Shown: positions 27,914 through 37,776 of the stretch, piece after piece | Numbering within the stretch: position 1 is the first letter of the stretch | How the letters are laid out: each line of letters begins with the position of its first letter | NCBI GenBank assembly: GCA_965213935.1 | Contig: CBDCAO010000009.1 | Span: 43,536 to 107,535, forward strand | DNA length: 64,000 nt | Direction: 5' to 3' | Origin: Thalassobaculaceae bacterium | GTDB taxonomy: Bacteria > Pseudomonadota > Alphaproteobacteria > Thalassobaculales > Thalassobaculaceae | Made by a program: the position numbers and the translations under genes | Notes under the pieces: model-generated | What the model was told of the DNA's origin: nothing | What the model saw: the letters and a program-made list of their open reading frames with translations, nothing else | The model's database searches: none

Positions 27914-29092
27914 ATGTTCACCACCTTCTTCACCTCGCTCAAGAAGGCCGAAATCCCGGTCTCGATGAAGGAGTACCTGACCCTGCTGGAAGCGGTGAAG
28001 CAGGGGGTCGCCAACTACTCGATCGACGACTTCTACTTCCTCTCCCGTGCTACCCTTGTGAAGGACGAACGCCATATCGACCGGTTCGACCAGGTGTTCG
28101 GCTACTGTTTTCAGGGGCTGGAGGCACTTGACGACCTTTTCGGTGCCGAGATTCCCGACGACTGGCTCCGCGCAATGGCCGAGCTCAACCTGAGCGAGGA
28201 GGAAAAGGCCAGGATCGAGGCGCTCGGCGGCTGGGACGCGCTGATGGAGACGCTGAAGAAGCGGCTCGAGGAACAAAAGGGCCGCCACCAGGGGGGCAAC
28301 AAGTGGATCGGTACCGCCGGACGGTCACCGTTCGGCGCCTACGGGTACAACCCCGAAGGCGTGCGGATGGGCCAGCACGAGGGTCGCAACCGCAGCGCGG
28401 TGAAGGTGTGGGACCGGCGCGACTTCCGCAATCTCGACGACACGGTCGAGATCGGGATCCGCAACATGAAGGTCGCGCTGCGCAAGCTGCGCCGGTTTGC
28501 CCGCGAGGGCGTTGAGACAGAGCTCGACCTGGACGGCACCATCTCCTCGACGGCCCGTAACGGCGGCCTGCTCGATATCAGGATGGTTCCGGAACGACGC
28601 AACGCGATCAACGTGCTGATTTTCTTCGATGTCGGCGGATCGATGGACCCCTACGTCCGGGTGACCGAGGAACTGTTTTCCGCCGCCCGCAGCGAGTTCA
28701 AGCACCTGGAGTACTTCTACTTCCACAACTGCCCCTATGAGACCATGTGGAAGGACAACCGGCGGCGCCACATCGAACGCGTCCCGACCTGGGAAGTGCT
28801 GCACACCTTCCCCGAGAACTACAAGTGCATCGTGGTCGGCGACGCCTCGATGAGTCCCTACGAGATCACGGTAGCGGGCGGCAGCGTCGAACACATGAAC
28901 CCGGAACCCGGCGCACAGTGGATCCAGCGCATACGCAGCCACTTCCACCGCTGCGTGTGGCTGAACCCGACCGACCCGAAGTACTGGGGCTACACCCGTT
29001 CGATCGAGATGGTGAGCGAACTGATGGAGGAGCGGATGTATCCGCTCACGATCAGCGGACTCGAGGATGCGATCCGGGAACTGAAGTCGTGA
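27914..29092 (+). CDS. VWA domain-containing CoxE-like protein
   Basis: The N-terminus MFTTFFTSLKKAEIPVSMKEYLTLLEAV is typical of the VWA partners of MoxR ATPases. The MIDAS-like region is IFFDVGGSMD. Confidence 0.8.
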   Translation: MFTTFFTSLKKAEIPVSMKEYLTLLEAVKQGVANYSIDDFYFLSRATLVKDERHIDRFDQVFGYCFQGLEALDDLFGAEIPDDWLRAMAELNLSEEEKARIEALGGWDALMETLKKRLEEQKGRHQGGNKWIGTAGRSPFGAYGYNPEGVRMGQHEGRNRSAVKVWDRRDFRNLDDTVEIGIRNMKVALRKLRRFAREGVETELDLDGTISSTARNGGLLDIRMVPERRNAINVLIFFDVGGSMDPYVRVTEELFSAARSEFKHLEYFYFHNCPYETMWKDNRRRHIERVPTWEVLHTFPENYKCIVVGDASMSPYEITVAGGSVEHMNPEPGAQWIQRIRSHFHRCVWLNPTDPKYWGYTRSIEMVSELMEERMYPLTISGLEDAIRELKS

Positions 29093-29943
29093 CACCACAC
29101 GATCCGCGCGTCCACCCGTGGCGCGCGGACCTCGCGGCCGCGCACCTGCGCGGAACAATCAGGGCCGACCGCTACGTCCGCGGCCGCGACATGCAGCTTT
29201 GCGTCCCGCTCGCAGGACTCTTCGAGCACCCTGACGGGGAGGCGCAACGCGTGAGCGAACTCCTGTTCGGGGAACGGTTCACGGTCTACGACGAAACCGA
29301 CGGCTGGGCCTGGGGGCAGTGCACCGCCGACGGGTACGTCGGCTATGCCGCCGCCACCGCCCTGACTGCCACGCTTGTGGAGCCGACCCATGCGGTCGGC
29401 GTCCTGCGCACCGTTGCCTTCTCGCGTCCGGACCTGCGCAGCCGGCCGGTGGCCATGCTGCACATGAACAGCCCGGTCGCGGTAGGAGCGAGGGAAGGGG
29501 GGTACTCGGCCGTCGCCGGCAGTGGCTGGGTCCCGGACCGGCACCTTGTTCCCGTGGGCAGTCCTGCCGACGATCACGTCGCCGTCGCCCGCATGTTCCT
29601 GGGTGCGCCCTACCTGTGGGGCGGGAGATCCAGTCTCGGCGTCGACTGCTCCGGCCTGGTCCAGCTCGCGCTTGCCCGCACCGGGATCCGGGCTCCACGC
29701 GACTCCGACCAGCAGGAAGCGGCACTGGGCAGGACGGTCGTCGAGCCAGGGGCCGGCGACCTGGTGTTTACCACCGGACATGTCGCCCTGGTGTCCGCCA
29801 CCAACGCGGTGCTGCATGCCAATGCCCACCACATGGCCGTACGGGAGGAACCTCTTGCGGACTTCCTGGCCCGTCTCGACGCCACCGGCCTGGCGATTAC
29901 CTCGATCCGGCGCCTTCCTGTAGTGCCGCATCAGCCGGAATAA
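29089..29943 (+). CDS. NlpC/P60 (C40) family peptidase
   Basis: The GTG overlaps the VWA stop (GTGA). It has the catalytic Cys motif GVDCSGLVQLA and a downstream GHVALV His motif. Confidence 0.75.
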   Translation: MTPHDPRVHPWRADLAAAHLRGTIRADRYVRGRDMQLCVPLAGLFEHPDGEAQRVSELLFGERFTVYDETDGWAWGQCTADGYVGYAAATALTATLVEPTHAVGVLRTVAFSRPDLRSRPVAMLHMNSPVAVGAREGGYSAVAGSGWVPDRHLVPVGSPADDHVAVARMFLGAPYLWGGRSSLGVDCSGLVQLALARTGIRAPRDSDQQEAALGRTVVEPGAGDLVFTTGHVALVSATNAVLHANAHHMAVREEPLADFLARLDATGLAITSIRRLPVVPHQPE

Positions 29944-30520
29944 AGCACTCCCGTCCATCCGGATCGAGCCGATAGAAGCCGTCCTGCGGTTCATCGAGCG
30001 CCAGACTGGCCAGGCCGTCGAGACCCCGCCACAACCCGCGCAGGATCCGGTTGAACGACCCGTGCGCCACGATGACAAGCGGGCGCTGGTCCGGCATGGC
30101 GGCAAGGAACCTGCCCGCCCGTTCCGCGACTTCGGCGTGGCTCTCTCCGCCCGGCGGCGCCCGGTGCCAGCGGTTGGCCCGGCGTTCCGCCCACTCGTGT
30201 GGATACCGCTCGAGGATTTCCTCCATGTTGAGCCCGTCCCAGGCGCCGAACGATGTCTCGATCACGAGGCGCTCCAGCACGATCACGTCCGGATCGACAC
30301 CGATTTCATCGGCAACCAGCACGGCGGTCTGGTACGCCCGGCCGAGCGGGCTCGAGAGCATTGCCCCGGGACGGCGTCCGCCGAGGAGGCGGGCAAGCGT
30401 TTGTCCCATCGCGACGGCCTGGTGCGCCCCGCGCAGGGTCAGTGGCGTATCCCGCTGGCCCTGCAGACGACGCTCACGGTTCCAGATGGTCTCGCCGTGA
30501 CGCAGCAGGTAGATCGTCAT
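29897..30520 (-). CDS. histidine phosphatase family protein
   Basis: MTIYLLRHGETIWNRERRLQG (RHG motif) and a later AHG motif. Confidence 0.85.
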   Translation of the reverse strand: MTIYLLRHGETIWNRERRLQGQRDTPLTLRGAHQAVAMGQTLARLLGGRRPGAMLSSPLGRAYQTAVLVADEIGVDPDVIVLERLVIETSFGAWDGLNMEEILERYPHEWAERRANRWHRAPPGGESHAEVAERAGRFLAAMPDQRPLVIVAHGSFNRILRGLWRGLDGLASLALDEPQDGFYRLDPDGRECFIPADAALQEGAGSR

Positions 30521-31128
30521 CGACCCGACCTCTCGACGCGGATGATGTCGATGCCGTCGCGGTGCAGGCGATGGACCGCATCCTGCGGCCGGTCGAGGGC
30601 GTAGGTCTGCATCCGGTCGAGCCCGAGATGCAGCCCACGCAGGATCTTGCTGACCACGCCGTGGGTCACCACCACATGGTTTCCGCCTGCCGCGGACCAG
30701 CTCTCGAGCAGTGGTCGGACCCGGTCCTGGACCATCTGGCTGCTTTCGCCGTTGGGATGCCTGAAGTTCCAGGGATCGCGCCGACGCTGCTCCGCTTCCT
30801 GCGGGTAGTCCCTCGCCAGTTCCCGCCAGCCGGCATAGCCGTCACGATCGCCAAGGGTGATCTCCACGAGCCGGTCATCGAACCGCACCGCGTGGTACGG
30901 GTACCCGATGGTGTCGCACAGGATTGCGACCGTCTGCCGGGTTCGCCCGATGGGACTGGCCCAGACCTGATGGTCGGTTGACCCCAGGACATCACGAATC
31001 GTCACGCCCATCGCCTGCGCCTGTCGCACACCGCGCAGGGTCAGCGGGGAGTCGGACTGTCCCTGCAGCCGCCCGGCACGATTCCATGTCGTTTCTCCAT
31101 GGCGTGCAAGATAGATCGTGGTTGACAT
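30517..31128 (-). CDS. histidine phosphatase family protein (tandem paralogue)
   Basis: Start at MSTTIYLARHGETTWNRAGRLQG. It has a 4-nt overlap with the downstream paralogue. Confidence 0.85.
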   Translation of the reverse strand: MSTTIYLARHGETTWNRAGRLQGQSDSPLTLRGVRQAQAMGVTIRDVLGSTDHQVWASPIGRTRQTVAILCDTIGYPYHAVRFDDRLVEITLGDRDGYAGWRELARDYPQEAEQRRRDPWNFRHPNGESSQMVQDRVRPLLESWSAAGGNHVVVTHGVVSKILRGLHLGLDRMQTYALDRPQDAVHRLHRDGIDIIRVERSGR

Positions 31129-31219
31129 GGCGTTGCCGGAAGTGGACGAAAGCGCCTGCATAACACCGCCAGTGCGCCCCACCAAGACCGCGGGCCGGAC
31201 AGGAACGAGGAGCAGGCTG

Positions 31220-32395
31220 ATGGCACACGACTACGCGTTCCCGGACCTCGCCCGAACCGTCAATGAGCTTGAGGAGACCGACATCCTCGAGATTGCCACC
31301 TACGGCTGGGGCAGACAGGGTCTGATACCGCTGTGGTTCGGGGAAGGGGACGTTCCGACACCGGCGCACATCTGCGAGGCAGCGGCGGAATCGATGCGTC
31401 GCGGCGAGACCTTCTACTCCGACCAGAACGGGATCGAGGACCTGAGGCTGGCGCTGGTCGATTACTACCGCCGGGCCTTCGACGTTGCGGTTGCGCCCGA
31501 GCGGATCACCATCACCAATTCCGGCATGATGGCCCTGTCGCTGGTCATCGGCATGCTGCTCGACCCTCAGGACGAGGTGATCGTCGTCGGTCCGGTCTGG
31601 CCCAATATCTACTCGACGATCCAGATCAATGACGGAGTGGCCCGGCATGCGACCATCCGGCTCGCTCCGGACGGCTGGAAGCTTGATCTCGAGGAGGTGT
31701 TTGCCGCAGCAACCGACAGGACCAAGGCAGTATTCGTCAACTCCCCCAGCAATCCGACCGGCTGGATCATGCCGGAGGAAGACCAGGCCCGATTGCTGGA
31801 ATGGGCGCGCGAGCGCAACATCTGGGTGATTGCCGACGAGGTCTACCATTCCCTGGTCTTCGCTCGCGACGTCAGTCCGTCGCTGCTGCGGCACGCCGAA
31901 CCCGACGACAAGCTGCTCGTCGTGAACTCATTTTCGAAGTCATGGCTGATGACCGGCTGGCGCCTCGGCTGGGTCGTCCATCCGCCGAAGCTGGCGCCAA
32001 CGCTCGCCAAGGTGATCCAGATCGAGACGTCGGGAGTTCCGGTCTTCGTCCAGCGTGCCGGAATTGCGGCGCTGACCGGCGGCGACGAAGTGATCGACGA
32101 CCTGCGTGCCCGCTGCCTCACCGGCCGTGACCTGGTCTGCGACCGGCTGGAGGCCTGGCCGCGTGTCCGTTTCACGCGGCCGCAGGGCGCATTCTATGCC
32201 TTCTTCAGTGTCGACGGGGTCACGGACTCGCTCGCGTTGAGCAAGGAACTGGTCGACCGGTGCAATGTCGGCCTCGCTCCGGGCAGCGCCTTCGGACCCG
32301 GCGGCCAGGGTTTCCTGCGGTTGTGTTATGCCTCGACGCCGGAGAAACTGAACCGCGCCATGGATGCACTGGCCACGGTGCTGGGAGACGCCTGA
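31220..32395 (+). CDS. pyridoxal-phosphate-dependent aminotransferase (class I/II)
   Basis: Start at MAHDYAFPDL behind a GAGGAGCAGG RBS. NSFSKSWLMTGWRLGW contains the PLP-lysine motif. Confidence 0.85.
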   Translation: MAHDYAFPDLARTVNELEETDILEIATYGWGRQGLIPLWFGEGDVPTPAHICEAAAESMRRGETFYSDQNGIEDLRLALVDYYRRAFDVAVAPERITITNSGMMALSLVIGMLLDPQDEVIVVGPVWPNIYSTIQINDGVARHATIRLAPDGWKLDLEEVFAAATDRTKAVFVNSPSNPTGWIMPEEDQARLLEWARERNIWVIADEVYHSLVFARDVSPSLLRHAEPDDKLLVVNSFSKSWLMTGWRLGWVVHPPKLAPTLAKVIQIETSGVPVFVQRAGIAALTGGDEVIDDLRARCLTGRDLVCDRLEAWPRVRFTRPQGAFYAFFSVDGVTDSLALSKELVDRCNVGLAPGSAFGPGGQGFLRLCYASTPEKLNRAMDALATVLGDA

Positions 32396-32432
32396 ACCGG
32401 GAGCGCCGTCGGCAAGCTCGGGATAACGGGAC

Positions 32433-34430
32433 ATGTTCGAGAAGATCCTCATTGCCAACCGCGGCGAGATCGCATGCCGGGTGATCCGGACCGCGCGCCG
32501 GATGGGAATTTCCACGGTTGCCGTCCATTCGGACGCGGATGCCGGCGCCCTGCATGTCCAGAGCGCCGACGAGGCGGTTCGCATCGGTACGGCGGCTTCG
32601 ACCGACAGCTACCTGAGGGTCGACCGCATTCTCGACGCGGTCCGCCAGACCGGTGCGGAGGCAGTTCATCCCGGCTACGGTTTCCTGTCGGAAAACCCGG
32701 AAATCGCCAGGCGACTCGAGGCCATGAACGTCGCCTTCATCGGCCCGGGAGTGGATGCGATCTCGAAGATGGGAGACAAGATCGAATCCAAGCGGATCGC
32801 GATTGATGCGGGGGTCGCCACTATCCCGGGCCACGTCCAGGCTCTCGCCGACGAGGATGAAGCGGTGCAGGTTGCCGACGAAGTCGGTTACCCGGTGATG
32901 CTCAAGGCGTCGGCCGGAGGCGGCGGCAAGGGAATGCGCATCGCCCGGACGCGCGACGAGGTTCGCGACGGGTTCCGTTCGGCGACAAGCGAGGCCCGGT
33001 CGAGTTTCGGTGACGACCGGGTCTTTGTCGAACGCTACATCGAGAATCCGCGCCACATCGAGATCCAGGTTATTGCCGATCATCACGGAACCATCCTGTA
33101 TCTGGGCGAGCGTGAATGTTCGATTCAGCGCCGTCACCAGAAGGTCCTCGAGGAAGCCCCGAGCCCGTTTCTCGACGAAGATACCCGTGCCCGAATGGGA
33201 GCCCAGGCGGTCGCACTCGCCCGTGCCGTGGACTACCGCTCGGCGGGCACCGTGGAATTCGTCGTCGACCGCGACCGGAACTTCTACTTCCTCGAAATGA
33301 ACACCCGCCTGCAAGTCGAGCATCCGGTCACCGAACTCGTCACCGGCCTCGACCTCGTCGAGTTGATGATTCGCATCGCCTGTGACGAGCCGCTGCCGTT
33401 CTCCCAGGCCGACGTGCGGCTGGAAGGGTGGGCGATCGAGGCCCGGATATACGCCGAGGATCCCTTCCGCGGGTTCCTGCCGTCGACCGGGCGCCTTGCC
33501 CGTTTCCGGCCGCCCGAGGCCGGCAACGGTGTCCGCGTCGACACCGGGGTCGCGGAAGGGACCGAGATCTCGATGTTCTACGACCCGATGATCGCGAAGC
33601 TGATCACAGGCGGCAGTGACAGGCCCGAGGCCGCCCGGCGCATGGCGGACGCGCTCGAGCGCATCGACATCCGCGGCGTCTCCCACAACGTGCCGTTCCT
33701 TGCCGCCCTGGTCACCCATCCGGAGTTCATGGCCGGGCGGATGACGACCGGGTTCATCGATGAAGCCTTTCCCGACGGATTCGCCGGCGCCGGGCTCGAC
33801 GATGACCAGGTTGCGGCACTGCGCGCCATTGCCGTGGCACGTCAGCATGCCCGGTCCCTGCGGGAACGACGGATCAGCGGTCAGACCGACCTGGCCCACC
33901 GGACCTCGGTCGCCGGACCTGAACGGCTGCTGGTAATCGACGGCGAGACCAGGCTCGGCGCGACGGTTGCCGGCGTCGACGGCGGTTTCGATGTCGAGCT
34001 GGAAGGACGGGGCGCCGTGGCGGTCCGGGGAGATTGCGAACCGGAGCGCGAACTCTTCTCGGGAACGGTCGACGGTCGTCACATCCTGGCCCGAACCGGG
34101 TTTGGCCAGGACGGCCATCTGCTGCAGCACGCCGGAGCGATCCGCAGGCTGCGGGTTGTCGCGGAACGGATCTGGCGCTACCTCGACATGATGCCGGTCA
34201 AGGAAGCGGCGGACATGTCTCGTTTCCTGCTTTCGCCGATGCCGGGACTGCTGGTGTCGGTGGCGGTGGAACCGGGCGAGCAGGTGAAATCCGGCCAGGA
34301 GCTTGCGGTGGTCGAGGCGATGAAGATGGAAAACGTGTTGCGGGCGGAACGCGACGCGGTGGTTGCGAAGGTGCTGGCCAGTCCGGGCTCGAGCCTTGCC
34401 GTCGACGAGGCGATCCTCGAATTTGCCTGA
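32433..34430 (+). CDS. acetyl/propionyl/methylcrotonyl-CoA carboxylase alpha subunit (biotin carboxylase + BCCP)
   Basis: Motifs are [20 protein letters not shown], an ATP-grasp core and the C-terminal biotinylation motif VEAMKME. Confidence 0.9.
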   Translation: MFEKILIANRGEIACRVIRTARRMGISTVAVHSDADAGALHVQSADEAVRIGTAASTDSYLRVDRILDAVRQTGAEAVHPGYGFLSENPEIARRLEAMNVAFIGPGVDAISKMGDKIESKRIAIDAGVATIPGHVQALADEDEAVQVADEVGYPVMLKASAGGGGKGMRIARTRDEVRDGFRSATSEARSSFGDDRVFVERYIENPRHIEIQVIADHHGTILYLGERECSIQRRHQKVLEEAPSPFLDEDTRARMGAQAVALARAVDYRSAGTVEFVVDRDRNFYFLEMNTRLQVEHPVTELVTGLDLVELMIRIACDEPLPFSQADVRLEGWAIEARIYAEDPFRGFLPSTGRLARFRPPEAGNGVRVDTGVAEGTEISMFYDPMIAKLITGGSDRPEAARRMADALERIDIRGVSHNVPFLAALVTHPEFMAGRMTTGFIDEAFPDGFAGAGLDDDQVAALRAIAVARQHARSLRERRISGQTDLAHRTSVAGPERLLVIDGETRLGATVAGVDGGFDVELEGRGAVAVRGDCEPERELFSGTVDGRHILARTGFGQDGHLLQHAGAIRRLRVVAERIWRYLDMMPVKEAADMSRFLLSPMPGLLVSVAVEPGEQVKSGQELAVVEAMKMENVLRAERDAVVAKVLASPGSSLAVDEAILEFA

Positions 34431-34513
34431 CGTCTTTGCCCTTGCCCGCCTTGCCGCGAGCGAGTATTGAGCGCTGTCTCGCAGCTCCCCCGCCAGACTG
34501 GAGAAACCGCATC

Positions 34514-34699
34514 ATGGCCGTTCCGAAGCGGAAAACCACACCGTCCAAGCGCGGCATGCGCAGGTCCCACCACGCGCTCGCGAAGCCGACCTACGTCGAG
34601 GACGCCGACACCGGGGAAATGCGGCGCCCGCATCACATTGACCTGAAGACCGGGATGTATCGCGGCCGCCAGGTCCTGAAGGTGAAAGACCGGTTCTGA
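34514..34699 (+). CDS. rpmF: 50S ribosomal protein L32
   Basis: [22 protein letters not shown], 61 aa. Confidence 0.9.
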   Translation: MAVPKRKTTPSKRGMRRSHHALAKPTYVEDADTGEMRRPHHIDLKTGMYRGRQVLKVKDRF

Positions 34700-34715
34700 C
34701 CGCGAGGGCCCGGGC

Positions 34716-35984
34716 GTGACCAGGGTCCCGGACACAAGCGACGTCGTCATCGTCGGTGGCGGGATCATCGGGACCGCAGCTGCCTACTACCTGGCCCGCG
34801 GCGGCATCGACGTCACCCTGTGCGAAAAGGGCAGGGTGGCCGGGGAACAATCATCACGCAACTGGGGGTTTGTGCGCCAGCAAGGGCGTGATCCGGCGGA
34901 GATCCCGACCATCATCGAGAGTCTCCGGCTGTGGAACGGTCTTGCCGAGGAGATCGGTGAGGACGTCGGTTTCACGCGCGCCGGCGCGCTCTATCTCGCC
35001 AGCACCGAGCGCCAGCTTGCGCGCTACGAGGCCTGGCTGGAGCATGCCCGGCAATACCAGCTGGACACCCGGTTGCTGTCACGTGAAGAGGTCCGCAAGG
35101 CCCTGCCCGGGTCCCGCGGGGAGTGGGTCGGAGGGCTGCACACGCCGAGTGACGGGCGGGCCGAACCGGCCCTGGCCACCCCGGCACTCGCCCGGGCAGC
35201 GCGCCGGCAGGGCGCCACCATCGTCGAACAGTGTGCCGTGCGCGGTCTCGACACCCAGGCAGGCCGGGTGTCAGGAGTGGTGACCGAGCATGGCCGCATC
35301 GCCGCCTCCACCGTCCTGTGTGCCGGCGGGGCATGGTCCTCGCTGTTCTGCGCCCGGCACGGAATCGTGCTGCCACAGCTCAAGGTGCGTTCCTCGGTGT
35401 TCCGGACCGCCCCGGCACCCCTGGTCAGCGAAACTGCCATCTGGAGCCAGGATGTTGCGTTCCGCCGTCGTCAGGACGGCGGCTACACGGTGGCGCATGG
35501 GTCTGCAACCGAAGTGCCGATCGTCCCGGATACGCTGCGTTGGGCCCGTTCATTCATGCCGTCGTACCGCGACGAACGCTCGCGGCTGCGGCTGCGGCTG
35601 GACAGCCGGTTCCTGACCGAGCTGCGCACGCCGCGTCGCTGGAGTCTCGATGGTCCCTCACCGTTCGAGGCGACGCGGGTCAATGATCCGGCACCGAGCC
35701 AGCGCATCCTGGACCAGGCGGCACGCAACCTCGCGAGGCTTTTCCCGGCCCTGGCTCCGGTTCCGGTCGTCGAGAGCTGGGCCGGCCTGATTGACGTGAC
35801 CCCCGATGCCGTTCCGGTCATTGCACCGGTCGACGAACTGCCGGGGTTTCACCTGGCAACCGGTTTCAGCGGTCACGGGTTCGGTATCGGTCCCGCGGCT
35901 GGCCGGCTCGCTGCCGAAATGGTCAGCGGCATACCGACGTCGATCGATCGCACACCATTCCGCCTGGAACGCTTCTTCGACTGA
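34716..35984 (+). CDS. FAD-dependent oxidoreductase (DAO family)
   Basis: GTG start. DVVIVGGGIIGTAAAYYLARGG is the dinucleotide motif. Length and C-terminus resemble D-amino-acid/sarcosine oxidase-like enzymes. Confidence 0.8.
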   Translation: MTRVPDTSDVVIVGGGIIGTAAAYYLARGGIDVTLCEKGRVAGEQSSRNWGFVRQQGRDPAEIPTIIESLRLWNGLAEEIGEDVGFTRAGALYLASTERQLARYEAWLEHARQYQLDTRLLSREEVRKALPGSRGEWVGGLHTPSDGRAEPALATPALARAARRQGATIVEQCAVRGLDTQAGRVSGVVTEHGRIAASTVLCAGGAWSSLFCARHGIVLPQLKVRSSVFRTAPAPLVSETAIWSQDVAFRRRQDGGYTVAHGSATEVPIVPDTLRWARSFMPSYRDERSRLRLRLDSRFLTELRTPRRWSLDGPSPFEATRVNDPAPSQRILDQAARNLARLFPALAPVPVVESWAGLIDVTPDAVPVIAPVDELPGFHLATGFSGHGFGIGPAAGRLAAEMVSGIPTSIDRTPFRLERFFD

Positions 35985-35991
35985 AGCCGCG

Positions 35992-36807
35992 TCACTCCGC
36001 CACCTGACGGGCGGCGGCATCCCAGTCGTAGAGTGGCGGTTCCTTGGCCGCGAAACGGCGAATCGCCTCCTTGTGGAACTGCCCGTCCCGGGCGATCGAC
36101 TGTGCCATCGCCTCGAGTTCGATCATGGTGCGGTGATCGAGGTTGAACGACTGATTCAGGATGTTCTTGGCAAGACCAATAGCACTGGTCGGCGCGCCGA
36201 CGAACCGTGCCGCGAATTCGCGCGCCTCCGCCATCGCGGTTTCCTGCCCCACGATCTGATGGACGAGGCCGATCTCGCGTGCTTCCTGCGCGTAGACCCT
36301 GCGTCCGGTAAACACCAGCTCCTTGGCGCGCTGAAGCCCCACCAGCCGGGGCAGGATGAACATGCCTCCCCAGTCGGGGACGAGGCCGATGCGCACGAAG
36401 GCCTGCAGGAAGAATGCCCGTGGCGTGGCGAGCACGAAGTCCGCCGCAAGTGCTATGTTCGCCCCGGCCCCTGCCGCGGGTCCGTCGACCAGGCTGATGA
36501 CCGGCAGTTCCAGGTTCATCAGGCTGAACATGGTGTCGTGGCTGCGGCGAAGACTGTCGCGCGTCAGCCGTGCCGAGCCAAGCCGCGAGCCCATCGACTT
36601 CACGTCTCCCCCGGCACAGAACGCACCGCCGGCGCCGGTCAGGATGACGGCACTGATATCGTCGGATGCGCGTTCCCTGATTTCCGCCATCGCCCGGTCC
36701 AGATCGATCCGCATTGCGGTAGAGAGCGCGTTGCGCGCCTCAGGCCGGTTGAGCGTGATGGTCGCGACCCCTGCATCGACCTCGAACAGGATGGCGCTGT
36801 AGGACAT
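35992..36807 (-). CDS. enoyl-CoA hydratase/isomerase family protein
   Basis: ITLNRPEARNAL and TGAGGAFCAGGDVK are crotonase motifs. Confidence 0.85.
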   Translation of the reverse strand: MSYSAILFEVDAGVATITLNRPEARNALSTAMRIDLDRAMAEIRERASDDISAVILTGAGGAFCAGGDVKSMGSRLGSARLTRDSLRRSHDTMFSLMNLELPVISLVDGPAAGAGANIALAADFVLATPRAFFLQAFVRIGLVPDWGGMFILPRLVGLQRAKELVFTGRRVYAQEAREIGLVHQIVGQETAMAEAREFAARFVGAPTSAIGLAKNILNQSFNLDHRTMIELEAMAQSIARDGQFHKEAIRRFAAKEPPLYDWDAAARQVAE

Positions 36808-36960
36808 GTGCCGGTCTCCCCTAGTGTGGAACTGCCCGAACTATACGCGAACCCGGGTTGCAAGAGCACCCTTCGGACAGCCGGGCGCATCATCGCGGTT
36901 TCCGACCCGGCTCGCAGCACCTATGGTCATCTGGCAGCACATGGGCGGGAGATTGCAGTC

Positions 36961-37722
36961 ATGACACGACGGTTTGATGGCAAGGTCGCACTGATCACTG
37001 GCGGAGCCTACGGGATGGGAGCCGCAACGGCGCAGCTCATGGCCGAGCAGGGCGCCAGGGTGGCGATCGGGGATCTGCTGGAGGCCGAAGGGCAGGGTGT
37101 CGCATCCGATATCCGGGCGGCGGGCGGAGACGCGATGTTCATCCGCCTCGATGTGACCAGCGAGGCCGACTGGAAGTCGGCGATGACCGCCGTCACCGAT
37201 ACCTTCGGCCGGCTCGATATCCTGGTCAACAACGCCGGCATCAGCGGCAGCGCCTTCGACGACCAGGGCGACGTGGATGCCTGGGACGCGCTGATGCGCG
37301 TCAACGCGACCGGCCCCTATCTCGGCACCCAGTACGCCTCGGCCGAAATGATCAGGACCGGCGGCGGGGCGATCGTCAACATCTCCTCGATCTCGGGCAT
37401 CGTGGGCCAAGGATACATCCATCCCGGCTACAATGCGTCAAAGGGAGCGTTGCGTGCGATGACCAAACAGTCGGCCGACCGGCTGGCGTGCCACGGCATC
37501 CGGGTCAACTCGGTTCACCCCGGCATCATGCCGCCGATGCGCACCTCCGGCGTCACCGCGGATCCAGAGCAGCGCCGCAAGATCCTCGAGCGGCACGTCC
37601 CGATGCGCCGCGCCGGCGAGGTTACCGAGGTAGCCATGGCAGTCGCGTTCCTGGCATCCGACGAGGCGTCCTACATCACCGGCGCCGAACTGCCGGTCGA
37701 CGGGGGCTATCTCGCCATCTGA
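36961..37722 (+). CDS. SDR-family oxidoreductase
   Basis: GKVALITGGAYGMG, NNAG and YNASKGAL are SDR motifs. Confidence 0.85.
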   Translation: MTRRFDGKVALITGGAYGMGAATAQLMAEQGARVAIGDLLEAEGQGVASDIRAAGGDAMFIRLDVTSEADWKSAMTAVTDTFGRLDILVNNAGISGSAFDDQGDVDAWDALMRVNATGPYLGTQYASAEMIRTGGGAIVNISSISGIVGQGYIHPGYNASKGALRAMTKQSADRLACHGIRVNSVHPGIMPPMRTSGVTADPEQRRKILERHVPMRRAGEVTEVAMAVAFLASDEASYITGAELPVDGGYLAI

Positions 37723-37776
37723 GCCCTGTCGGCACGGAACGGCCAACCCGGAAGCGAACAGCAGGAGTGGAGGCCC

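Noticed and set aside
32220-34130. 636-aa minus-strand ORF
   Set aside because: It is antisense to the acyl-CoA carboxylase alpha-subunit gene. It is a shadow ORF.
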